From positions 8,866,001 through 8,930,000 of the forward strand of contig NC_043000.1 of NCBI RefSeq assembly GCF_006345805.1: DNA of 64,000 nt, read 5' to 3'. Position numbers and translations under genes: made by a program. The notes beneath the pieces were generated by a model that had not been told where the DNA came from, made no database searches, and saw only the letters and a program-made list of their open reading frames with translations. Source of the DNA: Octopus sinensis (lineage: Eukaryota). Each line of letters starts with the position of its first letter. Positions within the stretch are counted from its first letter, which is position 1. This document shows positions 62,771 through 64,000 of this stretch, one piece after another.

Positions 62771-63440
62771 AATGCCCTGATGCAGTACCAGGCAATGCCC
62801 TGATGCAGTACCAGGCAATGCCCTGATGCAGTACCAGGCAATACCCTGATGCAGTACCAGTAAAATGCCCTGATGCAGTACCAGGCAATGCCCTGATGCA
62901 GTACCAGGCAGAGGCTCTCATGGCTTCTGATCTTAACTGATTGGAAGTGTTATCATGTACATTGTTCTGTCTTGGTATAAAAGATGGGCTACAGCAATAT
63001 TCTGCTCAATACCACAGATTTGCTTGTCAGTTGTTTGACTTAACCAGTTAAGCATGTCCCCTATGGCTGACGATATGTGCATCTCTGATCACGAGCAGAA
63101 GTAGTGGGAGTGCATCATAGCCATGTGTTGAGAGGGATTCTTTGGGGTTTGAATAATTCATCTCTGGAGACATGGGTGGGTTTTCAACATCCTTAAACAA
63201 CCCTTATTCAGGGACCGTTTTGAGCGGGATGGGCTACTCACCTGAAGAAAATTCTAACTGGGCCCCACCTGCAAGGTCATGTGCAGTTTATCTTGATATG
63301 AGATCACCATGCCGCGCACATATGGTTGTGATGCATGTGCCTGGTGTGCCCTTATCAGACGGGTAGTCATGATGGGTATATTGGGCTTCGTATATTTTAC
63401 CCCAGTGTCACTTTGATGGCATGCTCTGCTCGCTCACTCA
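62771..63440 (-). mobile_element. 670-bp non-coding interspersed element embedded in (AAT)n, with 6 x 23-bp terminal tandem repeat
   Basis: Unit aatgccctgatgcagtaccaggc at 62771-62909. Sharp boundaries with (AAT)n on both sides. The orientation is inferred. Confidence 0.65.
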
Positions 63441-63547
63441 ATATAATAATAATAATATAATAATAATAATATAATAATAATAATAATAATATAATAATAA
63501 TTAATAATAATAATAGCATCATAATAATAATCATAATAATAATAGTC

Positions 63548-63605
<58 letters not shown>

Positions 63606-63730
63606 GTATAATAATAATCTAATAATAATAATCATAATAATATCATAAAATAATATCAATAATAATATAATCATAATAATAATAATAATATAATAAATAA
63701 TAATAAATAATAATAATAATAATATAATAA

Positions 63731-63771
<41 letters not shown>

Positions 63772-63807
63772 TAATAATATAATACTATAATAATACTACT
63801 AATAATA

Positions 63808-63842
<35 letters not shown>

Positions 63843-63890
63843 TAATAAATAATAATAATAAATAAAGAAATACCAATACTAGATGACTAT

Positions 63891-64000
63891 AGGCGAGCTG
63901 TCAGAATGGTTAGAACGCCGGGCAAGATGCTTAGCGGCATTTCGTTCTTTATGTTCTGCGTTCAAATTCCGCTAAGGTCGACTTTGCCTTTCATTCTTTT
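63891..64000 (+). mobile_element. SINE family A, running off the window end
   Basis: aggcgagctgtcagaatggttag...gttcaaattccgctaaggtcgactttgcct. Confidence 0.85.

Overview
AT-rich, microsatellite-saturated eukaryotic DNA. The SINE families, the (TA)n/(TACA)n/(GATA)n/(AAT)n load and the overall texture point to a coleoid cephalopod, probably Octopus; this is inferred, not proven. No intact, nameable host gene is recognisable. Mobile elements: (i) two independent 5'-truncated Penelope-like retroelements (PLEs) with GIY-YIG remnants and inverted pseudo-LTRs, each arm carrying a minimal type I hammerhead ribozyme fold with a compensatory U3-A8 core, plus further hammerhead motifs at 2.9, 3.4 and 60.2 kb; (ii) a full-length dead mariner (26643-27933) and a fold-back mariner derivative made of two 5' ends (405-1151); (iii) Tx1/L1-like and RTE LINE 3' fragments; (iv) many copies of about four SINE families, some dimeric, chimeric or nested. 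The other major structure is a 5.8 kb array of about 129 x 45-bp units (31626-37454). Each unit is two 14-bp inverted arms with alternately oriented spacers. The minus strand reads as a 15-aa repeat bounded by an in-frame ATG and TAA. Also present: a perfect 256-bp spacerless palindrome (18929-19184), several fold-backs, microsatellite-bounded tandem duplications, and a few low-confidence exon-like segments of a possible minus-strand gene. All coordinates and alignments were read by eye, so boundaries may be off by a few bases.
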